Below are positions 10,265 to 20,969 of a DNA stretch of 64,000 bases, piece by piece; positions within the stretch are counted from its first letter, which is position 1, and every line of letters begins with the position of its first letter. Both the position numbers and the translations under genes were made by a program. Source of the DNA: Candidatus Latescibacterota bacterium (lineage in GTDB: Bacteria; Latescibacterota; UBA2968; UBA8231); NCBI GenBank assembly GCA_965197905.1, contig CBDAOB010000004.1, positions 1,184,001 through 1,248,000 on the forward strand. Direction: 5' to 3'. The notes below the pieces were generated by a model. The model ran no database searches. It was not told where the DNA came from and was given only the letters and a program-made list of their open reading frames with translations.

Positions 10265-11158
10265 ATGCGTTCGCTGGTGTGGGACCGCATCGAGAAGGCG
10301 CACGATCTACGCGTTTCCGCGGATATTTGCACGGATTCGCTTAAGACGGTCTGTCTCACTCTGGGACCCTACCGAAATCTCACCACCCTTACCGCCTCCG
10401 TGCTGTTCCTTCATCCGCGCTGTCAGGTTCTCAACTACGCGGGCGGGCGCGTATTCGGCGACGAGCGCATCGACTTCCTCGCCGAATATAGTGACGAGCG
10501 ATTTCAGACGTTTGTGCGCTACGCCCTGCATGCATGCACGACGGGCCGGCGCGGCAGCCACGGCGGATCGATCAAACACTCCCATGCAGTCGTCGAACGA
10601 TCCGATATGGCCGAGGCGGTCGCGGGAATGGCGCCCAAGGAGCAGGTGACGTGCCTGCTGTGGAAAGAGTCGTTGCGCACCAGCAACCACATCCGACATT
10701 GCGGCGTCGACCTTGCGGATGTGCTGGCGAAAAACGAGGCCCTGCGTTTCCTGATGCCTGTACGCCATCCCTTGGACTGCGCGGTGTCCAACATCCGCAA
10801 AGGCCACGTTCGTCATTTCGACGGCCTGACTGCCGGCGCCGACACGGAAACGACGGTGGCCGCCATCCTCGATGAGTTCGTGTGGTTTCGAAACCTGCAG
10901 AAACGGCATAGCGAACGCTTTTTCCACTACGTTGCACACGACGAACCGCGCCAGGTGCTCGCAAGGCTGGCAACTTTCCTGCAGTTGGAGGCGGAACAGG
11001 AGTGGCTCGAGGTCGGCACCGAGGCTTTCCAGGTGTCCTCCCAGTACGATCACTCGACAGATCTTGTAGGTCACTACCGCAGGTTAGTTGAGGAGAAGTT
11101 CGGTAGCGATCCTAAGTTTGCTCAGGATCTCCTGGGTTTCGTAACCGAGGAATCGTAG
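10265..11158 (+). CDS. Sulfotransferase-fold protein
   Basis: GPYRNLTTL..L..HP (5'PSB-like), VRHPLD.AVS (3'PB-like), EPRQVLARLATFL; start uncertain (alternative GTG at 10232). Confidence 0.65.
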   Translation: MRSLVWDRIEKAHDLRVSADICTDSLKTVCLTLGPYRNLTTLTASVLFLHPRCQVLNYAGGRVFGDERIDFLAEYSDERFQTFVRYALHACTTGRRGSHGGSIKHSHAVVERSDMAEAVAGMAPKEQVTCLLWKESLRTSNHIRHCGVDLADVLAKNEALRFLMPVRHPLDCAVSNIRKGHVRHFDGLTAGADTETTVAAILDEFVWFRNLQKRHSERFFHYVAHDEPRQVLARLATFLQLEAEQEWLEVGTEAFQVSSQYDHSTDLVGHYRRLVEEKFGSDPKFAQDLLGFVTEES

Positions 11159-11360
11159 ACGCGAAGCCACTCAATCACCGTAGCGACTCGCCTCGATGAG
11201 CCTGGTTGCCGTCTTGACCGAAGCCCATATCGCAATTAGGTTCGGCCGCTTCTCAGCATCTCAATCACGAGTACGGCTATCGATTCCGCGGCGTCCAGAA
11301 GGGCTGGAAAGGTTTGATGGAGTGCACCTGGGAGCCGCCGGGCGTAGAAGAGGTAAGATC

Positions 11361-12164
11361 ATGACCCATACCCTCGGTCTTCGTTACTCCGGCCTTTGTT
11401 CCGGAGGCCGGCTGCAACGGGGCGACACGGAGATTCGCAGTTTGCCTTTGGATGTGGTGGCGGCCACCGGCGTCACCGGTCTCGAGCTGGTTCTGCCACC
11501 GGAGGCTACCGCCGAGGAAGTACTGAATCTGATCGAACCTCACGGCCTGTCTGTAACCAGCCTCGAAACGAAGACCGAGCTCGACGACGACCGCATCGGT
11601 GACACCCTGAAGGTCGCGGCAACAAAAGCGGCCCTGGCCCGAGCGTTAGGAGCGAGCTACCTGTTTACCAGTGTCCACGGTGGCCAACTCCCAAGGCAAA
11701 CCGTCTACGATCGTTTGCGTCAAGTGGGCGACGTCGTCGGAACCCACGAGATCTACCTTGCCATGGAGACCCACCCCGATCTGTGCCAGAATGCGGCTAA
11801 CATGCTCGAAACCATCACTGGCGTCCGCCACCCGTATGTGGGCATCAACTTCGACACCGCCAATGTCTACTACTACAATCGGGAGATGAACGGTCTTGCT
11901 GATCTTGAGCAGGTGGTTCAGCACGTGCGCGGTGTCCATTTCAAAGAAACCAACGGGGGCCTCAAAGACGGCCATTTCCCCGTTTTCGGAACGGGCATCG
12001 TCGACTTCGCCGGAGCGGAAGCTGTCCTGGAAGAGGCTGGATATACGGGGCCGTATGTTATGGAGCTGGAAGGTTCGGTCTTCGACTACACCAAACACGA
12101 CCAGCTGGAAGCTCAGGTTCGGTCCTGCGTCGATCACATCCGCGCGGTGTGCACTATCGTCTAG
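11361..12164 (+). CDS. Sugar-phosphate isomerase/epimerase (TIM barrel)
   Basis: METHP, NFDTAN, VHFKE, GTGIVDF, GYTGPYVME motifs. Confidence 0.85.
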   Translation: MTHTLGLRYSGLCSGGRLQRGDTEIRSLPLDVVAATGVTGLELVLPPEATAEEVLNLIEPHGLSVTSLETKTELDDDRIGDTLKVAATKAALARALGASYLFTSVHGGQLPRQTVYDRLRQVGDVVGTHEIYLAMETHPDLCQNAANMLETITGVRHPYVGINFDTANVYYYNREMNGLADLEQVVQHVRGVHFKETNGGLKDGHFPVFGTGIVDFAGAEAVLEEAGYTGPYVMELEGSVFDYTKHDQLEAQVRSCVDHIRAVCTIV

Positions 12165-12174
12165 AGCCCCCTGT

Positions 12175-12918
12175 ATGGATCTCACGTTCGAAGAGATTGA
12201 ACGCTACCATGATGAAGGCTACCTGGTTTTCCCGGGCCTTTTTGGCGGCGAAAAACTGGCTTACTTCAAACAGGTCCTCGATCAACTGGTTGCCCGCGCC
12301 GGATCGATGGAAACATCGCAGGGCGGTTTCAATCTGCAGCCAGACGTGGAGGGCCAACCGATTCCCGGGCGTTTGTGCAAAATCCAGGGCGTTTGCGTGG
12401 TCGAGCCCCGGCTCCTGGATCTAGCGTGTGCTGGTGAGATCGTCGATCGCGTCGCCGGTCTCATCGGACCCCGCCTGCACATGTTCGGGTCGAAGTTCTT
12501 TCCGATGTTGCCTCTCGATGGAACATCGACAGGTTGGCATCAGGACAACCATTATTTCGGAACCAACTCCGACCAGATCGTAAGTTGTGGCATCTACCTC
12601 GAAGAGACCGACCGTGGCAACGGCTGTTTACAGCTCGTACCGGGCAGTCACCGAACCAGAGATCTCCTTGAGCACAACGCGGGACAGGCCACCTATGCGC
12701 ACGGCGCGTGGGCACAGGTGGACGAATCGACAGCGATTCACCTTGAATGTCCGGCCGGTACGGTCGTTCTGTTTTCGGCGAACACCCTGCACGGAGCTGC
12801 AACCAACAGCAGCAACCGATCCCGGTATAGCACGGCGTGGCACTATCTACCCGCCGACCTGAATCTCAAAAGATTTCCGTTTGGCGAGTACGAGGACCGA
12901 CATCTGATTCGACCCTAG
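12175..12918 (+). CDS. Phytanoyl-CoA dioxygenase (PhyH) family protein
   Basis: YHDEGYLV, WHQDNHYF, NGCLQLVPGSH, LHGA..N.S.R motifs. Confidence 0.9.
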   Translation: MDLTFEEIERYHDEGYLVFPGLFGGEKLAYFKQVLDQLVARAGSMETSQGGFNLQPDVEGQPIPGRLCKIQGVCVVEPRLLDLACAGEIVDRVAGLIGPRLHMFGSKFFPMLPLDGTSTGWHQDNHYFGTNSDQIVSCGIYLEETDRGNGCLQLVPGSHRTRDLLEHNAGQATYAHGAWAQVDESTAIHLECPAGTVVLFSANTLHGAATNSSNRSRYSTAWHYLPADLNLKRFPFGEYEDRHLIRP

Positions 12919-12992
12919 CGAAATTACCGTGTTGCCAGTGCGCGGCACGCGTTCAATTCTGGCCGCGAGATTCGCTGGACCATTGGAGGACT

Positions 12993-13658
12993 ATGCTCAC
13001 AGAAGAGAAACGCGAACAACTGTTGCAGCTATCGACGCCGCTCGCCGTCGATGCCATGGATCGACTCGGCTTGCCTGAAGCCGTCCTAGATCCCGCCATC
13101 CGCCCGGTCGAACCCAACACGCGAATGGCCGGAACGGCGATCACGGTACTGTTTGAGTCCCAGCCCGATCGGTCACGGGCCAATCTTGCGCGCTACTCCG
13201 AAGCGTTGGAGAACTCCTCCGGTCTCTTCTGCCCTATTATCACCCTGCAGGTGCCCCCGGAACATCACCATCGCGGGGTCTTCGGAGAGGGAGCGGCCAC
13301 CACAGCCCGGCAGAACGGGTTCGTCGGCGCCCTGGTGGATGGTGCGGTACGGGATACCCCTGACCTGCAGCGGATGCAGTACCCCGTATTCAGTCGGGCC
13401 GTGTCGCCCGGTTATATCGTGGGGAAGGTAGAGGCCGTCAGCCGGGATGAGCCGGTGCGTATCGGAGGCGTTCTGGTCGATCCCGGAGATGTCGTTTTCG
13501 GAGACAACGATGGTGTAGTGGTGATCCCATCGGACAAGCTGGATGATGTTCTCGACCGACCTCGGGCTATTCGAGCGTGGGAGGACGAGGTCCACCAATG
13601 GATGAAGCAGGGGTATTCAATCGATGATGCGATTGCGCGCACGGGCGAGATGCCCTGA
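12993..13658 (+). CDS. RraA/HMG-aldolase family protein
   Basis: GALVDGAVRD, PVFSR, PGDVVFGDNDGVVVIP motifs; GGAGG RBS. Confidence 0.85.
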   Translation: MLTEEKREQLLQLSTPLAVDAMDRLGLPEAVLDPAIRPVEPNTRMAGTAITVLFESQPDRSRANLARYSEALENSSGLFCPIITLQVPPEHHHRGVFGEGAATTARQNGFVGALVDGAVRDTPDLQRMQYPVFSRAVSPGYIVGKVEAVSRDEPVRIGGVLVDPGDVVFGDNDGVVVIPSDKLDDVLDRPRAIRAWEDEVHQWMKQGYSIDDAIARTGEMP

Positions 13659-13693
13659 TTCGACCGAGTCGAATTCTCAGCTGGAGAAGCTAA

Positions 13694-14806
13694 ATGACTG
13701 CGAATTACCGCGCCGGCGTGATCGGCAGAACAAATCGTGGCAACTACGGACATGCGCTGGACACCGTGTACGCAGCTTCACCTGATGTCGATTGCGTCAC
13801 CGTGGCAGATGATGACGATGTAGGATTGCAAGCAGCGGGGGAACGGCTCGGCGTAACGGCTTTGTACGCCGACTATCGCGAGATGCTTGAGAAACAAGAG
13901 CTCGACATCGTCAGCGTAGCGCCACGCTGGGTCGATTGTCACCACGAGATGGTAATCGCCTGCGCCGAGGCCGGCGTAAAGGCGATCTTCTGCGAAAAGC
14001 CTATGGCCAAAACCCTGGCGGAAGCGGACGCGATGCTGGAGGCGTGCCAGCGCAACAACGTCAAGGTGGCAGTGGCCCATCGCAGGGCCTGTGCGCACGA
14101 GCAATACGGCAAGGAGCTGGTGGAGCGCGGTGAGATCGGTCAGGTCCTATCGATCAAGTCACACGGCAAATGCGATCAGCGGGTCGGCGCGATGGACTTG
14201 GCGGTTCTGGGGACCCATATGCTGGACAGCATGCGTTTTTTCGCCGGCGCCGACGTCGACTGGGCGTACGGCCATGTAACCAGGGACGGCAAAGAGGTGA
14301 CGGCAGGAGATATCTACGAAGAGCAGGAAGGGATCGGCCATACCGCCGGCAACAGGGTGTGGGCGTATTACGCCTTCAAGAACGGTGTTACCGGAAGTTT
14401 CGAATCGTATGGGGGCGACAACCCGGGTGGGCGCTGGTTCGGATTCGAGGTCCACGGCAGGGAAGGCATCATCGCCCTCCGGAACTCGCCCAAGACGGAG
14501 ATGTACGTCTACCCCCACGCCTTCTGGGTCCCGGGAGAGGACGATCCGAAGTGGAAACGGATCAATCTTCGAGAATGGGACCAGTTAGAGAATCAAACCC
14601 ACCAGAGCAACCTGATGATTCTGGAAGAGCTGGTGCAGGCGATCGAAACGGATGGCGAGGTGACGAGATGCTGTAGCGGGTCCGACGCCCGCGCCGCGCT
14701 GGAGATGATCATGGCGGTGCACGAATCCCAACGGCTCAAGACGCGGGTAGATTTTCCGCTGGTCAACCGCGAAAATCCCTACGATCTGCTGATGGCTGCG
14801 GAGTGA
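13694..14806 (+). CDS. Gfo/Idh/MocA family oxidoreductase
   Basis: YADYREML, FCEKPMA, GTHMLD motifs. Confidence 0.9.
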   Translation: MTANYRAGVIGRTNRGNYGHALDTVYAASPDVDCVTVADDDDVGLQAAGERLGVTALYADYREMLEKQELDIVSVAPRWVDCHHEMVIACAEAGVKAIFCEKPMAKTLAEADAMLEACQRNNVKVAVAHRRACAHEQYGKELVERGEIGQVLSIKSHGKCDQRVGAMDLAVLGTHMLDSMRFFAGADVDWAYGHVTRDGKEVTAGDIYEEQEGIGHTAGNRVWAYYAFKNGVTGSFESYGGDNPGGRWFGFEVHGREGIIALRNSPKTEMYVYPHAFWVPGEDDPKWKRINLREWDQLENQTHQSNLMILEELVQAIETDGEVTRCCSGSDARAALEMIMAVHESQRLKTRVDFPLVNRENPYDLLMAAE

Positions 14807-14847
14807 GACTGGGGCGGGAAAGGCGTCCGCCTAATCCTCGCCTCCTC

Positions 14848-15276
14848 TCAGGTGACGAACTCCAGGCCGTCGTCCGCCAGGCGGCGATAATAACACCCCA
14901 CCCGCGCTTCGCCGTTGTTGTCTTTGGTATGACAGGCTCCGGCACGCCGCCGGCGCACCAGGTACAGCAGCGAGTTCTGCTCGCAGTTGACCCGGACCTC
15001 CTCCAGGTCGAGGAAGTCTCCAGATGTTGCCCCTTTGGTCCAAAGCTCGTTGCGGGAGGTACTCCAGAAGGTGGCCACGTTTTTTTGGACGGTGTACTCC
15101 AGCGCTTGCCGGTTGGCGTACGCCACCAGCAGCACCTCTTTGGTCGTCACGTCCTGAACAGCAACGGGCAGTAATTCCTGGCCGCAGGAAACCACCTGTT
15201 GCAATTTCTCGAAGTCGAGGAGAAGCTTCTCCCCTTCCTCAAGATCCTGGCTATCCACTGTCGATCGGTCGCTCAT
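14848..15276 (-). CDS. hisI: Phosphoribosyl-AMP cyclohydrolase
   Basis: LPVAVQD, FWSTSRNELWTKGATSG, ACHT...CYYR motifs; DCDxD is replaced by NCEQN. Confidence 0.85.
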   Translation of the reverse strand: MSDRSTVDSQDLEEGEKLLLDFEKLQQVVSCGQELLPVAVQDVTTKEVLLVAYANRQALEYTVQKNVATFWSTSRNELWTKGATSGDFLDLEEVRVNCEQNSLLYLVRRRRAGACHTKDNNGEARVGCYYRRLADDGLEFVT

Positions 15277-15279
15277 CCA

Positions 15280-16662
15280 CTATTCCTGAGTCGCCCATGC
15301 GGCCTCTTTGACTACCTCGGACAGGGTCGGGTGGGCGTGCACCGATCGGGCCAGGTCTTCGGCACTGGAAGCAAACTCGATCGCCACAGCTCCCTCGGCG
15401 ATCAGGTGCGATGCCTGAGGGCCGACGATATGCATGCCCAGCAGGCGATCGGTGCTGGCGTCACTGATAATCTTCACGTGACCCTCGATCATGTCCATAC
15501 AGTGGGCGCGGGCATTCGCCCGAAAAAGGTGCTTCCCCGACTTGTACTCTGTTCCAGTCGCCATGGCCGCTTCCTCGGTCAACCCGACGGAAGCGAGCTC
15601 TGGATGGGTATAGACGACACTCGGAATGGCATTGTAGTTCACGTGACCCGCTTTCCCCGCCATTCTTTCCACCGCCGCCACCGCTTCCTCCTCCGCCTTG
15701 TGGGCGAGCATGGGACCCGGGATCAGATCGCCGATGGCGAAGACCCCTTCGACGCTGGTCTGATAATCTTCATTCACCTGCACAAAACCTTTCTCGTCGG
15801 TTTCAACCCCCACTTCCTCCAATCCCAACCCAGCCGAGAACGGCCGTCGTCCCACAGCGACCAACACGCAGTCGCATTCCTCTGCGACTTCACCCTCCTC
15901 TCCAGCGACAGTCAGGCTCACCTTGCCGTCCTGCACCTCCGCGTGGTGAGCGCTGCTTTTTAGGCGGAATTCGAGACCCTGCCGTTTCAAAAGCCGTTGC
16001 AGCAATGTGCCCATCTCGCGGTCGGTACCGGGGAGAATGTGGTCCAAGAACTCCACCACCAATACCTGTGCCCCGAGCCGGCTCCACACTGAGCCCAGCT
16101 CGAGGCCGATGGCGCCCGCCCCTACCACGACCAAACGTTCGGGAACCGACGCGAAGGACAACGCCTCGGTAGAGCTTAACACATGCTCGCCGTCGAAGGG
16201 CAGGTCCGGCAGTTCGATCGGGATGCTGCCGGTGGCCAAGAGAATACGCGCGCAGGATAGCGTCCGCGTGCCTTGCTCCGTGGTCACCTCCACCTGGCCC
16301 ACCCCGGAAATGCGCGCCGAGCCGGAAACAAAATCCACGCCAGTCTGACCGAACAACCCACCGATCCCCTTGGTCATGGTCTCGACGATGGTTTCCTTGC
16401 GGCCCATCATCGCCCCCAGATCCAGATCGACGGCGCCGGCATGTATGCCGTGGTGATCAACCCCCGATTTCAGCTGGTGATACAGCTCGCTGGATTCTAG
16501 CAGCGCCTTGCTGGGAATGCATCCGACGTTCAAGCAGGTGCCGCCGAGGAATTCCTTGTCGACGCAAGCGACCCGCATACCCAGCTTCGCCCCGCGGGCC
16601 GCTGCCACGTAACCACCGGGCCCGGCTCCCACCACTACTATATCGTAGACGTCGGAAGCCAT
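15280..16662 (-). CDS. lpdA: Dihydrolipoyl dehydrogenase (E3)
   Basis: GAGPGGYVAA, GGTCLNVGCIPSK, HAHPTLSE motifs. Confidence 0.95.
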   Translation of the reverse strand: MASDVYDIVVVGAGPGGYVAAARGAKLGMRVACVDKEFLGGTCLNVGCIPSKALLESSELYHQLKSGVDHHGIHAGAVDLDLGAMMGRKETIVETMTKGIGGLFGQTGVDFVSGSARISGVGQVEVTTEQGTRTLSCARILLATGSIPIELPDLPFDGEHVLSSTEALSFASVPERLVVVGAGAIGLELGSVWSRLGAQVLVVEFLDHILPGTDREMGTLLQRLLKRQGLEFRLKSSAHHAEVQDGKVSLTVAGEEGEVAEECDCVLVAVGRRPFSAGLGLEEVGVETDEKGFVQVNEDYQTSVEGVFAIGDLIPGPMLAHKAEEEAVAAVERMAGKAGHVNYNAIPSVVYTHPELASVGLTEEAAMATGTEYKSGKHLFRANARAHCMDMIEGHVKIISDASTDRLLGMHIVGPQASHLIAEGAVAIEFASSAEDLARSVHAHPTLSEVVKEAAWATQE

Positions 16663-17975
16663 CAGATCTCCAGCATCATGCGGCTGGGATCCTCCAGGAG
16701 CTCCTTCAAGCGCACGAGGAAACTCACCGACTGCTGACCATCCACGAGCCGGTGATCGTAGGACAAGGCCACGTACATCATCGGCCGCACCTCGACCTGG
16801 CCATCTACCGCCACAGGTCGCTGTTGAATGGTGTGCATGCCCAGAATGCCGCACTGAGGTGCGTTGAGAATGGGGGTTGAAAGCAGCGATCCGAAGATGC
16901 CGCCGTTGGTGATCGTGAAGGTGCCGCCGCTGAGCTCGCTGATGCCCAGCTTGTTGTCTCGGGCGGCAGCTGCCAAACGTTTGATCTCGCTCTCGATGGA
17001 AGCCATCTGCAACTGGTCGGCGTTGCGCAGCACCGGAACCACCAGTCCCCGCTCGGTGCTCACCGCAATCCCCAGGTGAACGAAGTCGTGATAAACGATG
17101 TCAGTTTCTTCGATGCTGGCGTTCACTTCGGGAAACGCCTTCAAAGCCTGCACTGCCGCCCGCGAAAAGAACGACATGAGACCCAAATTTACGCCGTGCA
17201 CGGCAGCGAACCGCTCTTTGTGTCGGGCGCGAACGGCCATGACCTGCGTCATGTCCACCTCGTTGAAGGTGGTCAGCATAGCGGAGTTATGTTGCGCGGC
17301 AACCAAGTGCTCGGCGATCCGCTGGCGGATCTTGGTCATCGGCACGCGGCGGGTACCGTCGCCATCGACAACCGCTTGCGGAGACGGCGGCGCGGAAACC
17401 GCAGACGGGGGCGGTGTGGCCGCTGGTTTTTCGGCAACGTCTGCAGTTTTTAGGTAATTCAGCACGTCCTCTTTGGTCAGGCGACCGTCGCGGCCAGTTC
17501 CTTGGATGGCGAGCGGGTCGAGGTCGTTCTCTTCCACCATCCGTCGCACAGCAGGGCTCAGGTCGTCGATAGACGCCGCATCGCGGCCGGAGTCCGAGGC
17601 AGATTTCCCGTCATCGGCGACCGCGGCTGGAGCAGGAGTAGTATTGGCAGCTGCTGGGGCGGGTTGGGGTTCTGCCTTTGCGGTGGCGACCGGCGCGGCC
17701 GCGTTTGAATCCTTGTCCGTCGGAGCCGAAACAGGTTCAGCTCCTTCGTCTATACGGGCAACTATAGCGCCGACTTCAAGGGTGTCGTCAACCGCACTCA
17801 CCGGATGCAACACCCCCGCCACCGGCGACGGCAGGTCGACATTGGCTTTGTCCGTTTCCAACACACACAGCGCTTCGTCTCGCTGTACGTATTCCCCCTC
17901 GGATTTCAGCCACTCTAACAGAATCACCTCGCTGATCGATTCCCCCATCTCGGGAATCGCCACATCTACACTCAT
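16662..17975 (-). CDS. sucB: 2-oxoglutarate dehydrogenase E2 (dihydrolipoyl succinyltransferase)
   Basis: Lipoyl ETDKA, binding domain [21 protein letters not shown]. Confidence 0.95.
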   Translation of the reverse strand: MSVDVAIPEMGESISEVILLEWLKSEGEYVQRDEALCVLETDKANVDLPSPVAGVLHPVSAVDDTLEVGAIVARIDEGAEPVSAPTDKDSNAAAPVATAKAEPQPAPAAANTTPAPAAVADDGKSASDSGRDAASIDDLSPAVRRMVEENDLDPLAIQGTGRDGRLTKEDVLNYLKTADVAEKPAATPPPSAVSAPPSPQAVVDGDGTRRVPMTKIRQRIAEHLVAAQHNSAMLTTFNEVDMTQVMAVRARHKERFAAVHGVNLGLMSFFSRAAVQALKAFPEVNASIEETDIVYHDFVHLGIAVSTERGLVVPVLRNADQLQMASIESEIKRLAAAARDNKLGISELSGGTFTITNGGIFGSLLSTPILNAPQCGILGMHTIQQRPVAVDGQVEVRPMMYVALSYDHRLVDGQQSVSFLVRLKELLEDPSRMMLEI

Positions 17976-17978
17976 GGT

Positions 17979-20792
17979 TTACTCCTTGCCCTGGGCCTGA
18001 CGCCAGCGCTCGCGTTTCACGTCTTCCAGAATCACTTCCTTGGATTCCAGCCGAAGAGCCTGTTCCACGATATCCGCTTGTTCCCGTTGATGCGCCGAGG
18101 ATACGCCGACGGCCGGACTGGCCGCCTCATCACGGCCCACATAAGAGAGCTTTACGCCGTTGGGGAGAATCTCCTCCAATAGCGTTCGCACAAAATACCA
18201 GGCACCCATGTTCTCGGCTTCCTCCTGTACCCACAGCAGCTCGCGCAGGTTGGGATAACTCTTTATTACCGAGCTCAGCTTTTCCTGGGGAAACGGATAC
18301 AATTGCTCAAGTCGTGTAACGGCTATTCTACTGTTCTGTTCTCCCTTGTGATCCTCGATGATGTCGTAATAAATCTTGCCGGTGCAGAGCACCAGGCGGT
18401 AGACGTTGTCGAGGTCAGTGACATTTGAGTCTTCGATCACACACTGAAAACCGCCCTCCAAGAACTCGCCGATGTCGGAGGTACAGAGCTTGTTCCTCAG
18501 CAGGCTCTTGGGTGTCATCAGGATGAGCGGCTTGCGAAAGTTCCGGTGCATTTGGCGTCGCAAGACGTGAAAGAGCTGCGCCGGTGAGGTTGGGTAGCAC
18601 ACTTGCATGTTGTTCTTGGCGCACAGCTGCAGGAATCGTTCCAACCTGGCGCTGGAGTGCTCCGGGCCCATGCCCTCGTACCCGTGAGGCAACAACAGAA
18701 CCAAGCCGTTCATCCGGTGCCATTTCGCTTCGGCTCCACTGACGTACTGATCGATGACCAGCTGGGCCCCGTTGACGAAATCGCCAAACTGGGCTTCCCA
18801 CATAATCAGCCGGCGCGGATCGGCTGAGCTGATCCCGTACTCGAATCCGACGACGGCCAATTCCGACAACATCGTATTCAGAACCTCGAAGCGACCCTGG
18901 GTCTCCGCCAGATGGGACAGCGGCACGTACTTTTTCCCGGTCTCGACGTCGTGCCAAACCGAGTGCCGGTGGGCGAAAGTGCCCCGTTGGCTGTCCTGGC
19001 CGGCAAGGCGCACTGGAATGCGCTCCATAAGCAAAGATCCTAGAGCCAGCATCTCGCCGCATCCCCAGTCGACTGGAATCTTTCCTTCAACCATCTCCCT
19101 CCGCGTCGCCATGATCCGTTTGAGGGTACGGTGAAGATTGAATCCCTCGGGAACTTCAGTTGCTCCTACCGCTATGTGCTCGGCTGTGGATCGACTTATC
19201 GCCGTCTCGATGTCCCAGTCTTCGCCAGCCCAACTCAAACCCTGCCACGCGCCGCCGAAGACGTTGGTCCGGGGTTTCACCTTGAGGCGTTGAGCTTTTT
19301 CCTGACAACGTTCCAGTGTGGTGCGCACTTCGTTGCGCATGGCATCGACGCCGTCCGGGGTGATCTTGCCTTCGTCCAGCAGCTGCTGGCTGTAGATTTG
19401 ACACACGGTCGGCTGTTTGGCCACCTGTTGGTACATCACCGGTTGGGTCAGGGTCGGATCGTCGGCTTCATTGTGGCCATAGCGCCGATAGCACCACAGG
19501 TCAATCAATACATCCTCTTTGAAACACTGGCGAAACTCCATCGCCAGACGTGCCACGTGCACTACCGCCTCGGGATCGTCGGCGTTGACGTGGAAAACCG
19601 GTGCCTGTATCTGCCGCGCAACGTCCGTGGGATAGCGGGTGAATCGGCTTTCGGCCGGAGTGGCGGTGTAACCGAGCTGGTTGTTGAAGATGACGTGGAT
19701 CGTTCCGCCGTTCGTATAACCTTCCAGTTGCGACAGGTTCAGGGTTTCGGCGACGATGCCCTGACCGGTAAAAGCAGCGTCACCGTGGATCTGGATTGGA
19801 ATTACCCGGCTGCGCTCTTCGTCGTGCAGATAGTCCTGCTTGGCCTGCACCATGCCTTCGATCAGCGGATTTACCAGCTCCAGGTGGCTCGGGTTGGGGC
19901 TGAGGGACAGGTGAACCCGGTGCCCGTTCTTGCTCACGTGGTCGTAGGAATACCCTTGATGGTATTTGACATCCCCCTCATCCTCGGCCCCTTCTCCATG
20001 CACCGCACCCTCAAACTCGCTCAGCATCACTTCGTACGGCTTGTGAAGAATGTGGGCGAGCACGTTCAAGCGGCCGCGGTGCGCCATGCCGAGAACCATC
20101 TCTTCGAGGCCGAGATCGGCCCCGGTCTCTATGAGCGTGTCGAGCAACGGCAGAAGCGCCTCGCCCCCTTCGACCGAAAATCGTTTTTGACCGATGTAGC
20201 GCGTGTGCAGAAACTGCTCGTACTCCTCGGTTTCGATGAGTTGCCAGAGCAGCCGGTGTGATTGGATTTCGCTAAATGAAGAGCGGTTCAGAATCGGCTC
20301 TATCCGCTGGCGTAGCCAGGTAAGATGATCGGTGTCTTCGACGGTCGTGAAATCGACGCCGATGCTTCCGCAATAAGTGGTGCGCAGTTTATCCAGCAGA
20401 TCGCGGAGGGTGCCATCGGTGTTGCCAAGGAAACCGGCGGAGCCAACCCCCTTGTCCAGATCTTCTTCGGTCAGGGTAAACGCCGATAGCTCCAGCAAGG
20501 CATGGTTCGTCTGGCTGTTACCCAACGGATCCAATCGCGAGATCAGATGTCCGTGCTGGCGATAGGCCTCTAGCAGAGCCAGTACCCCTTTGTCCGTTCG
20601 CGGCCGTGAGGATCTGCGTTCGCGCACGGCCTGTTCCGGATCACCCGCTTGATCTGAGCGAAAGTAGCCGAACTCAAACCCCTTAAAGAAAGCCAGCCAT
20701 TCGGCGTCGAGGGCACTAGGATCCTTCTGGAACTGCTCGTAGAGTTGTTCGAGGAGCTCGGTGTTGTTGATGTTGGCATCGACGGAAGGCAC
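17979..20792 (-). CDS. sucA: 2-oxoglutarate dehydrogenase E1
   Basis: GMAHRGRLN, GDVKYH, HGDAAFTGQG, WEAQFGDF, GPEHSSAR motifs; GTG start with GGGAGG RBS. Confidence 0.95.
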   Translation of the reverse strand: MPSVDANINNTELLEQLYEQFQKDPSALDAEWLAFFKGFEFGYFRSDQAGDPEQAVRERRSSRPRTDKGVLALLEAYRQHGHLISRLDPLGNSQTNHALLELSAFTLTEEDLDKGVGSAGFLGNTDGTLRDLLDKLRTTYCGSIGVDFTTVEDTDHLTWLRQRIEPILNRSSFSEIQSHRLLWQLIETEEYEQFLHTRYIGQKRFSVEGGEALLPLLDTLIETGADLGLEEMVLGMAHRGRLNVLAHILHKPYEVMLSEFEGAVHGEGAEDEGDVKYHQGYSYDHVSKNGHRVHLSLSPNPSHLELVNPLIEGMVQAKQDYLHDEERSRVIPIQIHGDAAFTGQGIVAETLNLSQLEGYTNGGTIHVIFNNQLGYTATPAESRFTRYPTDVARQIQAPVFHVNADDPEAVVHVARLAMEFRQCFKEDVLIDLWCYRRYGHNEADDPTLTQPVMYQQVAKQPTVCQIYSQQLLDEGKITPDGVDAMRNEVRTTLERCQEKAQRLKVKPRTNVFGGAWQGLSWAGEDWDIETAISRSTAEHIAVGATEVPEGFNLHRTLKRIMATRREMVEGKIPVDWGCGEMLALGSLLMERIPVRLAGQDSQRGTFAHRHSVWHDVETGKKYVPLSHLAETQGRFEVLNTMLSELAVVGFEYGISSADPRRLIMWEAQFGDFVNGAQLVIDQYVSGAEAKWHRMNGLVLLLPHGYEGMGPEHSSARLERFLQLCAKNNMQVCYPTSPAQLFHVLRRQMHRNFRKPLILMTPKSLLRNKLCTSDIGEFLEGGFQCVIEDSNVTDLDNVYRLVLCTGKIYYDIIEDHKGEQNSRIAVTRLEQLYPFPQEKLSSVIKSYPNLRELLWVQEEAENMGAWYFVRTLLEEILPNGVKLSYVGRDEAASPAVGVSSAHQREQADIVEQALRLESKEVILEDVKRERWRQAQGKE

Positions 20793-20969
20793 TTCGAAAC
20801 CTCCCCAGAGAAGGGTATAACCTTGTGCAGCACACCCAGTTAATTTTAGAGGTAAAGAAGATACGCACGCGGTAACCAGGGGCCAAATTTTTGCTTCTCT
20901 CGATCCTGTGCATGCGTCGGTTTGCCAGTGGCTTGAGAGCCCGGTTGCCAACCTCTACATTTTTGAGCA

